From Rhodocyclaceae bacterium (GTDB taxonomy: Bacteria; Pseudomonadota; Gammaproteobacteria; Burkholderiales; Rhodocyclaceae), in NCBI GenBank assembly GCA_028687645.1, contig JAQTZQ010000004.1, positions 5,124-69,123 of the forward strand: DNA of 64,000 nucleotides, given 5' to 3'. The notes beneath the pieces were generated by a model. It worked only from the letters and a program-made list of their open reading frames with translations. It did not search any database and was not told the origin of the DNA. A program made the translations under genes and the position numbers. Positions 47,142 to 55,672 of the stretch are shown piece after piece (the first letter of the stretch is position 1; every line of letters starts with the position of its first letter).

Positions 47142-47980
47142 GCGAAACCGCAGAAAGTACCGCCCAGGAAGCATCGTTTGTCTCGCACCTTGTCGAGCTG
47201 CGCGATCGTCTATTGCACAGCTTGATCGCCATCGCAATCGTGATGGGCGGCCTATGTATTTACCCCGGACCGGGTGAAATTTACGACATTTTGGCAGCAC
47301 CTTTGACGACAGCCTTGCCGGAAGGCACCAAGATGGTTGCCATCGGTGTGATTACCCCGTTCATGGTGCCGCTCAAAGTTACAGCCATGGTCGCATTTGT
47401 TTTGTCCTTGCCCTTCGTTCTTTATCAGGTGTGGGGCTTTATCGCACCTGGCTTGTATGCCCATGAGAAGCGTCTGGGGATTCCGCTAATCATATCCAGC
47501 AGCCTGCTCTTTATTTTGGGCATGTCTTTCTGCTACTTTTTTGTCTTTGGGCAGGTCTTCTCATTTATTAACAGCTTTGCCCCCAAGAGTATTACCCCGG
47601 CGCCTGACATTGAGGCCTACCTGTCTTTTGTCATGACCATGTTCCTCGCCTTTGGCCTGGCTTTTGAAGTGCCTGTTGCGTTGGTGGTGATGGTCAAAAT
47701 GGGTGTCGTGACAGTTGAGAAACTCAAGGAGTGGCGCTCGTATTTTGTGGTTGGCGCCTTTGTTGTTGCGGCAGTGGTCACCCCGCCGGATGTCGTCTCT
47801 CAACTGTCCTTGGCGATTCCGATGTGTATCTTGTATGAGCTTGGTATTCTGGCCAGTCGCTTGGTCAGCCGTCCCGCGCCTAAACATGTGAATGCTGCGG
47901 TCAACGCCGAAAATGAGGCAGAAATGGACGCCGAAATCGATAAGGCGGACGCCGAGTTTCGGCATTTGTCGGGTAAATAA
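47138..47980 (+). CDS. tatC: Twin-arginine translocase subunit C
   Basis: [25 protein letters not shown]. Confidence 0.95.
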   Translation: MSETAESTAQEASFVSHLVELRDRLLHSLIAIAIVMGGLCIYPGPGEIYDILAAPLTTALPEGTKMVAIGVITPFMVPLKVTAMVAFVLSLPFVLYQVWGFIAPGLYAHEKRLGIPLIISSSLLFILGMSFCYFFVFGQVFSFINSFAPKSITPAPDIEAYLSFVMTMFLAFGLAFEVPVALVVMVKMGVVTVEKLKEWRSYFVVGAFVVAAVVTPPDVVSQLSLAIPMCILYELGILASRLVSRPAPKHVNAAVNAENEAEMDAEIDKADAEFRHLSGK

Positions 47981-48787
47981 TCAGGTGGCTTTTTTCGGCG
48001 GGGCCGGGTGGGTTGTCAGCGTCTTGGTTGGCGTGCCTTCCTCGAAATGCCACAGTGTTCCTGGCGCCATCACCGTCCATGGTTCATTGTCGGTTAATGC
48101 TTGGGTGGCGATGATCGCTACTCGATCTTCCGGTTTGGTCAGTTCGCTGAAATCAACAGTCACGTCCTGATCATTCAAATGCGCTTCGGCAAACGGCGCC
48201 TGGCGCACGATATAAGCCAGCTTGCTGGAGGCGTGAGCGAACAGGCTGTCGCCGTTCGATAGCAGAAAATTAAATTCGCCAAACTCGGTGATTGGCAACG
48301 TCAGTTCGTGCACGGCCTGAAAGAGCGTATCGCATGCGGGGGCAACGCTACCAAAGCGCTGCCGTAAATTTTGCAGTAACCAGCAAAAGGCGCGCTCGCT
48401 GTCGGTTAGCCCAACCGGTACAAAGCTGCCGTCAAGTGGCGGAGAAAAATCAATCAGGTTGCCATTGTGGGCAAAGATCCAGTACCGCCCCCATAATTCG
48501 CGCATGAAAGGGTGGGTGTTCTCCAATCCAATGGCACCCTGTGTTGCCTTGCGGATGTGCGAGATGACGTTCTTGGAGCGGATAGGGTAGTGGCTTACGA
48601 GTTCTGCAATGGGTGAAGTGCAGGACGGTTGCGGGTCGAGAAAAAGCCGCGTGCCCTTACCCTCGAAGAAAGCAATGCCCCAGCCATCGGAGTGAACGTC
48701 AGTCGCCCCGCCGCGTGCCTGAAAACCAGTGAATGAAAAGCAGATGTCGGTCGGCACATTGCAGTTCATGCCGAGTAGTTGACACAT
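47981..48787 (-). CDS. Class II glutamine amidotransferase (YafJ-like)
   Basis: N-terminal MCQLLG, DGWGIAF, HIRKAT, NTHPF, HNG. Confidence 0.88.
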   Translation of the reverse strand: MCQLLGMNCNVPTDICFSFTGFQARGGATDVHSDGWGIAFFEGKGTRLFLDPQPSCTSPIAELVSHYPIRSKNVISHIRKATQGAIGLENTHPFMRELWGRYWIFAHNGNLIDFSPPLDGSFVPVGLTDSERAFCWLLQNLRQRFGSVAPACDTLFQAVHELTLPITEFGEFNFLLSNGDSLFAHASSKLAYIVRQAPFAEAHLNDQDVTVDFSELTKPEDRVAIIATQALTDNEPWTVMAPGTLWHFEEGTPTKTLTTHPAPPKKAT

Positions 48788-48790
48788 GAC

Positions 48791-49945
48791 CTACTCCTGT
48801 TCGCGTTGCAGCGCTGGCCGCTTGCCGATCTTGACCTGAACTTCAACAATGTTTTGGTCACGACGCAGGCGGAAGTTAGCACGCTCATCAGGCTTCAGCG
48901 CCGCAATCAGGTCTAGCATCACCTGCGGATCCTTGACCGCTTTACTATTTACCGCCAGCAATACATCACCAGGTCGAATCCCGGCGATATCCGCCGGACT
49001 ATTACGCATCAGGCCGGCGATCAGTGCGCCCTCGCTGTCCGGCAGACCGAAGGACTCGGCCAGTTCGGGGGTGATTTCCTGCGCCTCGACACCGATCCAG
49101 CCACGGGTCACGGTGCCGGTCTGGATAATTTGTTCCATGATGCTGCGCACGCTGGATACCGGAATGGCGAAACCAATGCCGTGCGAACCGCCCGTGCGTG
49201 AATAAATTGCCGTGTTGATACCAACCAGATGGCCGTTGGTATCAACCAGCGCACCACCGGAGTTGCCGGGGTTGATCGCGGCATCTGTTTGAATGAAATT
49301 CTCGAAGGTGTTGATGCCCAGATGTGAGCGCCCCAGCGCCGAAACAATACCCATGGTCACTGTCTGGCCGACGCCAAATGGGTTGCCAATGGCCAGCACG
49401 ACATCACCGACGCCCAAGTTTTCCATCTGGCCAAAGGTAATTGCCGGTAGCTTTTCGGCTTTGATCTGCAGAATGGCCAAATCAGACTCCGGGTCGCTGC
49501 CAATCACCTTTGCCTTGTAGGTTTTGCCGTCGTTGAGCGACACCTGAATGTCGTCTGCCGCTTCGATAACATGGAAATTAGTCAAAATATAGCCGTTCGG
49601 GCTGACAATCACCCCGGAGCCAAGGCCGGAGTTGCGCTGTTGTTTGCCCCCCTCAGGGCGGTCGCCGAAAAAATGACGGAAGATCGGGTCATCAAATAAC
49701 GGGTGGCGCTGCGATCTAATCGCTTGCGTTGTATAAATATGCACCACCGCCGGCAAGGCCGCGCGTGAGGCATCTCGATAAGACGCCGGGTTGTGCGCTT
49801 CACGGCCCGCAGCGGGGACGACCTCCTGCAAAGTAACAGCCGCAGATTTGCTTGGCAACCATTCCGGCTTCAAGGTGGTCACGACGAACAGCACAGCCAA
49901 CGCAACCGTGACCATCTGTGTAAAAATCAGCCATAACCTGTGCAT
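48791..49945 (-). CDS. HtrA/DegQ-DegS family serine protease with one PDZ domain
   Basis: TNFHV, DLAILQ, QTDAAINPGNSGG; start MHRLWLIF at 49945. Confidence 0.92.
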   Translation of the reverse strand: MHRLWLIFTQMVTVALAVLFVVTTLKPEWLPSKSAAVTLQEVVPAAGREAHNPASYRDASRAALPAVVHIYTTQAIRSQRHPLFDDPIFRHFFGDRPEGGKQQRNSGLGSGVIVSPNGYILTNFHVIEAADDIQVSLNDGKTYKAKVIGSDPESDLAILQIKAEKLPAITFGQMENLGVGDVVLAIGNPFGVGQTVTMGIVSALGRSHLGINTFENFIQTDAAINPGNSGGALVDTNGHLVGINTAIYSRTGGSHGIGFAIPVSSVRSIMEQIIQTGTVTRGWIGVEAQEITPELAESFGLPDSEGALIAGLMRNSPADIAGIRPGDVLLAVNSKAVKDPQVMLDLIAALKPDERANFRLRRDQNIVEVQVKIGKRPALQREQE

Positions 49946-49959
49946 GAGAGACCGTATCA

Positions 49960-50706
49960 ATGAAACGTGAAGATTTTGTGGAGTATCTGGATGGCCTGTT
50001 GCAGCCGGGGAATTTCCGCGATTATTGCCCAAATGGCCTGCAAGTGGAAGGACGAGGCGAGATCCATTGTGTGGTTGCCGGCGTGACAGCCAGTCAGGCT
50101 TTGCTGGATGCAGCGGTGGCGCGTAATGCAGATGCCGTGCTGGTGCATCACGGCTATTTCTGGAAAGGTGAGGATGGGCGGATAACCGGGATACGCAAAA
50201 AGCGCCTGGGCACGCTGCTAAACCACGATATAAATTTGTTGGCCTACCACTTGCCGCTTGATGCGCATCCCGACTTGGGCAATAACGCCCAGTTTGCCTC
50301 GCAACTTGGCTGGCAGCCAGATGGGCAGTTTGGCGATCAAAATATTGCCTGTTTCGGTCATCTTCCTGCAGACTCGGCGGCTGCCGAGGTGGGTAGCCAA
50401 CTTGCAGCGCTGCTCGGGCGGGCGCCACTCATAATTGGTGATGAGGCACGCCCCATCCGGCGCATTGCTTGGTGTTCAGGCGGTGCGCAGAGCTATTTTG
50501 AGCAAGCCATTGCGCTGGGAGTGGATGCTTATGTGTCCGGTGAGATTTCCGAACAAACCGTACATTTGGCGCGCGAGAATGGCGTCGTCTACTTCGCCGC
50601 CGGCCATCACGCCACCGAGCGTTTGGGCGTTCAGGCGCTGGCCCGGCATCTAGCGCAAGACTTTGGTCTAGCTTGTGAATTTGTCGATATCGATAACCCG
50701 GTTTGA
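49960..50706 (+). CDS. Nif3-like dinuclear metal centre protein (YbgI)
   Basis: DYCPNGLQVEG, VHHG, YHLPLD, GHHATE. Confidence 0.92.
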   Translation: MKREDFVEYLDGLLQPGNFRDYCPNGLQVEGRGEIHCVVAGVTASQALLDAAVARNADAVLVHHGYFWKGEDGRITGIRKKRLGTLLNHDINLLAYHLPLDAHPDLGNNAQFASQLGWQPDGQFGDQNIACFGHLPADSAAAEVGSQLAALLGRAPLIIGDEARPIRRIAWCSGGAQSYFEQAIALGVDAYVSGEISEQTVHLARENGVVYFAAGHHATERLGVQALARHLAQDFGLACEFVDIDNPV

Positions 50707-50819
50707 CTTTCATGGCGAGAGGCCACCCGCATCATGAAACATGCTGCCCCCGCCGCCCCCTCCCGCAAGGGGAGAGAGGGGCGGTATTTCACGCTAAATT
50801 CATCTAAAAAGGACAAGCC

Positions 50820-51521
50820 ATGACTTACGTTTTTCCTCCCCATCCCCAACCGGCTTTGCCGGTGGTCGGCAGCGCTGCGCTTTTTCCGGTGCGCCGTATC
50901 TTTTGCGTTGGCCGCAACTACGCCGAACATGCTCGCGAAATGGGTGCGACGGCGCAAGCAACAGGGCTGGAACCGCCATTTTTTTTCATGAAGCCAGGCG
51001 ATGCGTTGGTCGGCGGTGATGGTGAAATAGCGGTCAAATACCCGCCTTTGACCAAAAATCTGCATCATGAAATCGAAATGGTGGTTGCCTTGGGGGCTGG
51101 CGGACAAAATGTAACGGTCAACGCCGCAAATGGCCTCATTTTTGGTTACGCCGTTGGTCTTGATCTAACGCGCCGTGACCTGCAAGCCCATGCCAAAGAA
51201 AAAGGCCACCCCTGGGATATGGGCAAAGGCTTCGATCAGTCAGCGATCTGTTCAGCTATCCATCCCGCTAGCCTCGTCGGTCATCCCGCCACTGGCCCCA
51301 TCTGGCTAAAAGTCAATGGCCAAACCCGGCAGCAAGGCGACTTGGCTGATATGGGCTGGAAGGTTGCCGACATCATCGCCAATCTCTCAATGCAGGTGCG
51401 CCTTGAAGCGGGTGACTTGATTTACACCGGAACCCCAGCAGGCGTCGGGCCGATTGTGCCGGGGGATTTGCTGGAGGGCGCGGTTGAGGGCGTGGGAGAG
51501 TTGCGGGCCAGGATTTTGTGA
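50820..51521 (+). CDS. Fumarylacetoacetate hydrolase family protein
   Basis: CVGRNYAEH, HHEIE, DLTRRDLQ, GDLIYTGTPAGVG. Confidence 0.92.
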   Translation: MTYVFPPHPQPALPVVGSAALFPVRRIFCVGRNYAEHAREMGATAQATGLEPPFFFMKPGDALVGGDGEIAVKYPPLTKNLHHEIEMVVALGAGGQNVTVNAANGLIFGYAVGLDLTRRDLQAHAKEKGHPWDMGKGFDQSAICSAIHPASLVGHPATGPIWLKVNGQTRQQGDLADMGWKVADIIANLSMQVRLEAGDLIYTGTPAGVGPIVPGDLLEGAVEGVGELRARIL

Positions 51522-51579
51522 GCTGATTTAATCTGAGAATATTGAAGAGCTCAAAACCCAATAGCCCCCCTCCCTATAC

Positions 51580-51966
51580 CTACCAGACAACCTCTGTTCC
51601 AAAAAAGCCAAATGCAGGGTCGCGTGAAATCAATGGGGCCGCTTCGAGTGTGCTTTGTGCCGCCAACATTCGATCAAACGGATCACGGTGATCGAGTGGG
51701 TAGGCGCCGGCATGCAGGGCGTGTAGATAAGTAACATGCAAGTGCTCAAAGCCGTCGGCCTCAATCAATTCATTGAAACGTCGGATTGCTTCTCTCGCTA
51801 CAGATAGCTTTCCAAGGCGGTGTTTTGTCGAAATTTCCCACGCGCTTACCGCGCTAACCAAAATGGTATTACCCTCGTCGGCAATGAGTGCTTTAGCCTG
51901 GTCCGACAACTGAGGGTCATTCGTCAGCCACCACAAAAAGGTGTGGGTATCCAGCAAGTACCTCAC
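51580..51966 (-). CDS. vapC: PIN-domain toxin (VapC family)
   Basis: LLDTHTFLWW, SAWEI, HRDPFDRML.AQ. Confidence 0.9.
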   Translation of the reverse strand: MRYLLDTHTFLWWLTNDPQLSDQAKALIADEGNTILVSAVSAWEISTKHRLGKLSVAREAIRRFNELIEADGFEHLHVTYLHALHAGAYPLDHRDPFDRMLAAQSTLEAAPLISRDPAFGFFGTEVVW

Positions 51967-52196
51967 CTGTTCTCCCAGGCCGATAATTCTTCCTCAGGCA
52001 AGGCATCAAAAAAAGCGTCTTCGACCTGACCCGCCAAGCGACCCGGCTGGCGTTTTCCGCTACTGGGAGACAAAGGCATCAGGCGCGCATAGGGCTTGCC
52101 CGCTTTGGCCAACACGATTTCCTGACCCGCGTGAGCCTGCTCAAGAAGACGTGAAAAATGAGTCTTGGCTTCATGGACATTAATCATCAGTGCCAT
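51963..52196 (-). CDS. Phd/YefM-family antitoxin
   Basis: NVHEAKTHFSRLL..A.AG.EI; overlaps vapC by 4 nt. Confidence 0.9.
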   Translation of the reverse strand: MALMINVHEAKTHFSRLLEQAHAGQEIVLAKAGKPYARLMPLSPSSGKRQPGRLAGQVEDAFFDALPEEELSAWENR

Positions 52197-52455
52197 ACGG
52201 CTCCCCGAGTTGGTTTGGTTGATGGACTAAGTCTAGCATTCTCGGAGGCTGCCTTCAACGACGTACTCTGAGAAGGCGAAAGCGATCATGCTTGCTGCTG
52301 GGGGGGGCTTGAAATGTTTCAACGTCATTCGATTGTTCTGGTGGCAGTTCAATCTGCAATAACTCGTTTCGAGGGCAAGCCACCGATCCATTTCACTTGT
52401 TTCTGGTGCTCAAGGACCTCAAGGCCTTACTTGGTGAGTGATATCCCATCTGGCT

Positions 52456-52524
52456 GATTGTGCCGGTGGATATGCTGGAGGGCGCAGTTGAAGGGGTAGG
52501 GGAGTTACGAGCCAGGGTTTGTAA
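52456..52524 (+). pseudogene. Diverged duplicate of the last ~23 codons of the FAH-family gene
   Basis: Aligns to 51452-51521 with 10 substitutions in the first 21 codons and a 1-nt deletion near the stop. Confidence 0.8.
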
Positions 52525-52572
52525 GGTAATTGATCACGGGCTTTGGCGGTGTATCATCAAAACATCTTGAGA

Positions 52573-52827
52573 ATGGAGCTTGGCATGAGAGTTGTAGGGC
52601 AGCGCAAAGAGCGCCCGGTTGGGCCGATTGCTTCCGGCCTCCTCCTTGCTGAAGGCGCGCGATTCAATGATGAGATGCATCGCCTACCCACAGGGGGCGC
52701 AACGTTTATTCCCAAAGGCGTGTATTACTTCAAAACCCACGCAGAAGCCAACCAACACCAACTAGATTGTCTCGCCAAAGGCATGGCGAAAATCGCTTTG
52801 GAGCGCTCAGGGCGGCGAAATGGATGA
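52573..52827 (+). CDS. Small protein, probable antitoxin-like partner of a nucleotidyltransferase
   Basis: 84-aa ORF from ATG 52573; stop overlaps the ATG of the next (truncated) gene; family recalled, not verified. Confidence 0.5.
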   Translation: MELGMRVVGQRKERPVGPIASGLLLAEGARFNDEMHRLPTGGATFIPKGVYYFKTHAEANQHQLDCLAKGMAKIALERSGRRNG

Positions 52828-52858
52828 GTATTGCAGGCCAGCAACCCTGGAAACGTAA
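52820..52858 (+). pseudogene. Truncated 5' end of a probable nucleotidyltransferase gene (MDEYCRPATLET*)
   Basis: ATG overlaps the upstream stop; ends where the IS remnant begins. Confidence 0.45.
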
Positions 52859-53122
52859 ACTGCCGCCCCAAATTGAGCCGCGTGACCTGGCGCACCTTGC
52901 CACCGACACGACGGCTCTCAACCAGCCGGAGGGTGATGTAGGTTTCCCCCGTCGTGCTATTGCGGGTGCGTGTGGTGCGGATGAACATACGCCAAAGGTC
53001 ACGCAAAATCCAGACCGCGAAACCATGTAGCAGAACCATTATGGCACTACATTATTAACATAAAACCCGAGTGGTCAATAAAATCAATGGCTTACTGAAT
53101 TAAACCCGTTGAGAAACCACGG
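52857..53122 (-). mobile_element. IS1634-family remnant (left end plus transposase N-terminus, ATG 52988)
   Basis: MFIRTTRTRNSTTGETYITLRLVESRRVGGKVRQVTRLNLGRQF resembles the IS1634 transposase N-terminus; similarity stops after ~44 codons. Confidence 0.65.
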
Positions 53123-53203
53123 CTTATGACAGATGTTTACAAACTTTGGCTAGGGGTTATATTTGGTAGTAAGATATCAACACCAAACCACAGGGAGTCA
53201 ATC

Positions 53204-53506
53204 ATGGCTAATTTATCCGTCAAGCTCAATGAGGCAACCCGCCTACGTTTGCAGAATGCGGCAGCAATGCAGGGGCAGACACCGCATGCTCTGATGGTGA
53301 AAGCGATTGAGTGCGAGCTAGACCGGGTTGAGGCCGAAAGTGTATTTGTCTACCAGGCATTACAAGTGCGGACTCGCGTAATCGAAGGGGGGGGCGTGGT
53401 CGATGGTGCGGCTTTTGCCGATTACCTCAAAGCCAAGGTGCGAGGGGAAACTCCAGAACGCCCAAAAGCCAAACCGCTGGTAGCTCATTTAAGCAATCTT
53501 GAATGA
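53204..53506 (+). CDS. Ribbon-helix-helix antitoxin
   Basis: SVKL....R.RL..AA...G.TPHALM pattern; overlaps the downstream toxin. Confidence 0.7.
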   Translation: MANLSVKLNEATRLRLQNAAAMQGQTPHALMVKAIECELDRVEAESVFVYQALQVRTRVIEGGGVVDGAAFADYLKAKVRGETPERPKAKPLVAHLSNLE

Positions 53507-53793
53507 CACGCTGGCTTCTCGCGCCAGAAGCAGCGGATAACCTGGATCGATTAACCGAATTTCTACAGGAAACTGCGCCAAATATGGCAGTCGAAACGGT
53601 TGATTTGATTCTCGACGCGCTCGGTGTGCTGGCTCGCCACCCTCGTATGGGACGGCCAGTGCGTAGCGGTTTGCGTGAATTAGTGATTTCCTGTGGCCGT
53701 ACTGGATACCTCGCACTCTACAGTCATGATGAACAAGCTGATATTGCGCTGGTATTAGCTATTCGCCATCAGCGAGAGCAGGATTACCACTGA
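53503..53793 (+). CDS. RelE/ParE family toxin
   Basis: A..DL.RL..FL, HP.MGR, LRELVI..G.TGY.ALY, AIRHQRE. Confidence 0.85.
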   Translation: MTRWLLAPEAADNLDRLTEFLQETAPNMAVETVDLILDALGVLARHPRMGRPVRSGLRELVISCGRTGYLALYSHDEQADIALVLAIRHQREQDYH

Positions 53794-53820
53794 GCAAACA
53801 GGTTGCCCGTGGTTTCAAGG

Positions 53821-53858
53821 GTTACGGTCAACCGCTGAAAAGCGGCAAAAATTGAATC
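53821..53858 (+). repeat. 38-bp direct repeat, copy 1 (uptake-signal-like motif)
   Basis: GTTACGGTCAACCGCTGAAAAGCGGCAAAAATTGAATC; 35/38 identical to 55046-55083. Confidence 0.85.
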
Positions 53859-54017
53859 GGCTAATTGAGCCCGAACCCTTTGGATGCATTTAAAGCCATA
53901 AAGCAGCATAGCAGCCCCTGGGTTATTGACCGGTAGTACAGGATACCTGCCCAAAAATCTTGCCAAAAATGGTTTGATAGCCAATAATCAATTAAAAATC
54001 ATAAGGGTAATCAAACC

Positions 54018-55022
54018 GTGAATGACCTTCTGAATTTTGTCACCGATAATCCCACGGGCGTTTCAGCCGGGGAAATTGAGCGTCAGCTAAAGCTCAGTCG
54101 AACCACGCTCAATCGCCGTCTGAAAGAAGCGTTGCAGGCGGGCAATATTTTAGTCACTGGTAAAGGCCCGTCTACACGCTATCACAGCGCGGATCCGCTG
54201 TCGGCGCTTCGGGCGTATATCACAAAGCCGCACACAGAACGTAAAATGGCGCCCTATCAGGAGGCCAGGTTAGACCCGCTGCCAGCATTGTCTGCTGAGA
54301 CTGAGTGCAAATTTGCAGGCACCCCAGAGTACCTACTGGATAAGCGCGAGCTTGGGCAGTTTCTGATTGACTTCGCTTGCGCGTCCTCCGCGCTGGAGGG
54401 CGGCACCTATTCCCTGCTCGACACCCAAGCCCTGATTGAATATGGGGAGAGGTCCGCAGGCAAACCAATAGAAGATGCGTTTCTGGTGTTGAATCATAAG
54501 GAGGCATTCGAGTATCTTCATGACCACATGGCGCTAGACTCAATCTACAAAGTGCAAGACTTGCTGACCAGCGACCACGATATGCCAGCGCTTGAATATG
54601 CCCAGCACTTCTTGCCTAAAGCAAGAAGGGGCGTGGTTCGTGACCATAGCAACGTTAACGTACGCTTCAGCACCTACCTGCCGTCCTACAGGCAGGGAAC
54701 GGGCTATCTCAAGCAAAAACTGGAAGAAGTCCTTCAAACGGCTGAAAGTATCCAAAACCCGATTCAGGCATCGTTCTACCTGCTATCCCGGATTGCCTAC
54801 CTTCAGCCATTTGAAGATGGAAACAAACGAACCTCCCGTGCCATGTGCAACGTGCCCTTGGTGAAAGCAAAGCTACCGCCCATCTCATTTGTCGATTTCG
54901 GCAAGCAAGACTACATTATCTCAATGCTTGCCTTCTACGAACTTGGAGACATCCGGCTATTGGAGCGTTGCTTTGCGGACGCCTATACAAAGTCGATAGC
55001 GAGACTAAGGCCAAAACGCTAA
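54018..55022 (+). CDS. Fic-domain protein with N-terminal HTH
   Basis: Winged HTH; SSALEG inhibitory-type motif; variant Fic loop QPFEDGNKRTSR. Confidence 0.8.
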   Translation: MNDLLNFVTDNPTGVSAGEIERQLKLSRTTLNRRLKEALQAGNILVTGKGPSTRYHSADPLSALRAYITKPHTERKMAPYQEARLDPLPALSAETECKFAGTPEYLLDKRELGQFLIDFACASSALEGGTYSLLDTQALIEYGERSAGKPIEDAFLVLNHKEAFEYLHDHMALDSIYKVQDLLTSDHDMPALEYAQHFLPKARRGVVRDHSNVNVRFSTYLPSYRQGTGYLKQKLEEVLQTAESIQNPIQASFYLLSRIAYLQPFEDGNKRTSRAMCNVPLVKAKLPPISFVDFGKQDYIISMLAFYELGDIRLLERCFADAYTKSIARLRPKR

Positions 55023-55045
55023 TACAGTTCTGCTTTCGATAAAGT

Positions 55046-55083
55046 GTTACGGTCAACCGCTGAAAAGTGGCAAAATTTAAATC
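55046..55083 (+). repeat. 38-bp direct repeat, copy 2
   Basis: GTTACGGTCAACCGCTGAAAAGTGGCAAAATTTAAATC. Confidence 0.85.
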
Positions 55084-55110
55084 TGGTTTGCGACGCGATT
55101 GGGCTTTGGC

Positions 55111-55125
55111 TGACAAAAAGTGTCA
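55111..55125. promoter_or_regulatory. Palindromic candidate enhancer (PilR-like) site
   Basis: TGACA-N5-TGTCA upstream of the sigma54 promoters. Confidence 0.4.
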
Positions 55126-55164
55126 CTTTTTTGGTGGGCGACCGCTTGGCTTTGACTCTATCTC

Positions 55165-55180
55165 TGGCGCAATAGTTGCG
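55165..55180 (+). promoter_or_regulatory. Sigma54 -24/-12 promoter of pilin copy 1
   Basis: TGGCGCAATAGTTGCG; GG and GC correctly spaced. Confidence 0.6.
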
Positions 55181-55215
55181 TTGAAATGTTCGCTAATCTG
55201 CGAAGGGGGTGAGAG

Positions 55216-55389
55216 ATGCAAAAAGGCTTTACCTTGATCGAACTGATGATTGTTGTCGCAATCATTGGTATTCTTGCAGCGATTGCGCTCCCCCAGTTCA
55301 GGTTTTATACGTAGAAAGCCAATGACAAGGCGGCTCAGTCAGATGTGTCGAATTTGATGCGGGTTGCAGTAATCAGCATGAGGCCTTGA
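55216..55389 (+). pseudogene. Short type IV pilin paralogue interrupted by an in-frame TAG at codon 33
   Basis: [56 protein letters not shown]; the paralogue has CAG at this codon. Confidence 0.8.
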
Positions 55390-55397
55390 TTTTTATC

Positions 55398-55413
55398 TGG
55401 CACGCTATGTGCC
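55398..55413 (+). promoter_or_regulatory. Sigma54 -24/-12 promoter of pilA-N
   Basis: TGGCACGCTATGTGCC. Confidence 0.6.
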
Positions 55414-55462
55414 TACGTTAAGCTGTCGTTCCGATGTTCATAAAATTTTGAAGGAGTTCACG

Positions 55463-55645
55463 ATGAAAAAGCTGCAAAAGGGTTTTACGCTCATTGAGCT
55501 GATGATTGTGGTGGCAATTATCGGTATTCTTGCTGCTATTGCTATCCCCCAGTTCAAGTCCTATACGCAGAAGGCCAATGACAAAGCGGCTCAGACGGAT
55601 CTGAAAAATCTTGTCACTTACGCCACGGCCAAGACCGTTAAGTAA
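55463..55645 (+). CDS. pilA: Truncated type IVa pilin (PilA-N-like; 60-aa prepilin, 53-aa mature)
   Basis: KG|[24 protein letters not shown] class III signal with E5; AAGGAG RBS; no globular head. Confidence 0.88.
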   Translation: MKKLQKGFTLIELMIVVAIIGILAAIAIPQFKSYTQKANDKAAQTDLKNLVTYATAKTVK

Positions 55646-55672
55646 TTTTTGGGAATTTCAGGAGATACCTAC

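Noticed and set aside
49946-50428. N-terminal extension of the 545-aa protease ORF
   Set aside because: It overlaps the Nif3-like gene antisense; the true start is MHRLWLIF at 49945.
50745-50785. CCCCTCCC-GCAA-GGGGAGAGAGGGG hairpin after the Nif3-like gene
   Set aside because: Single imperfect copy; cannot be told apart from a terminator or REP remnant within this window.
53794-55083. Integron cassette array with the repeats as attC sites
   Set aside because: GTTACGG does not fit GTTRRRY, there is no RYYYAAC/GTTRRRY stem-loop, no integrase is in view, and the same motif lies inside core genes.
55312-55314. Pyrrolysine or programmed read-through of the TAG
   Set aside because: No pyl genes are seen or expected here; a single C-to-T change from the paralogue's CAG explains it.
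55463-55645. Electrically conductive e-pilin
   Set aside because: Only 4 aromatics in 53 residues (F1, F24, Y27, Y46); Y32, F51 and Y57 equivalents are missing; the conductivity of PilA filaments is itself disputed.
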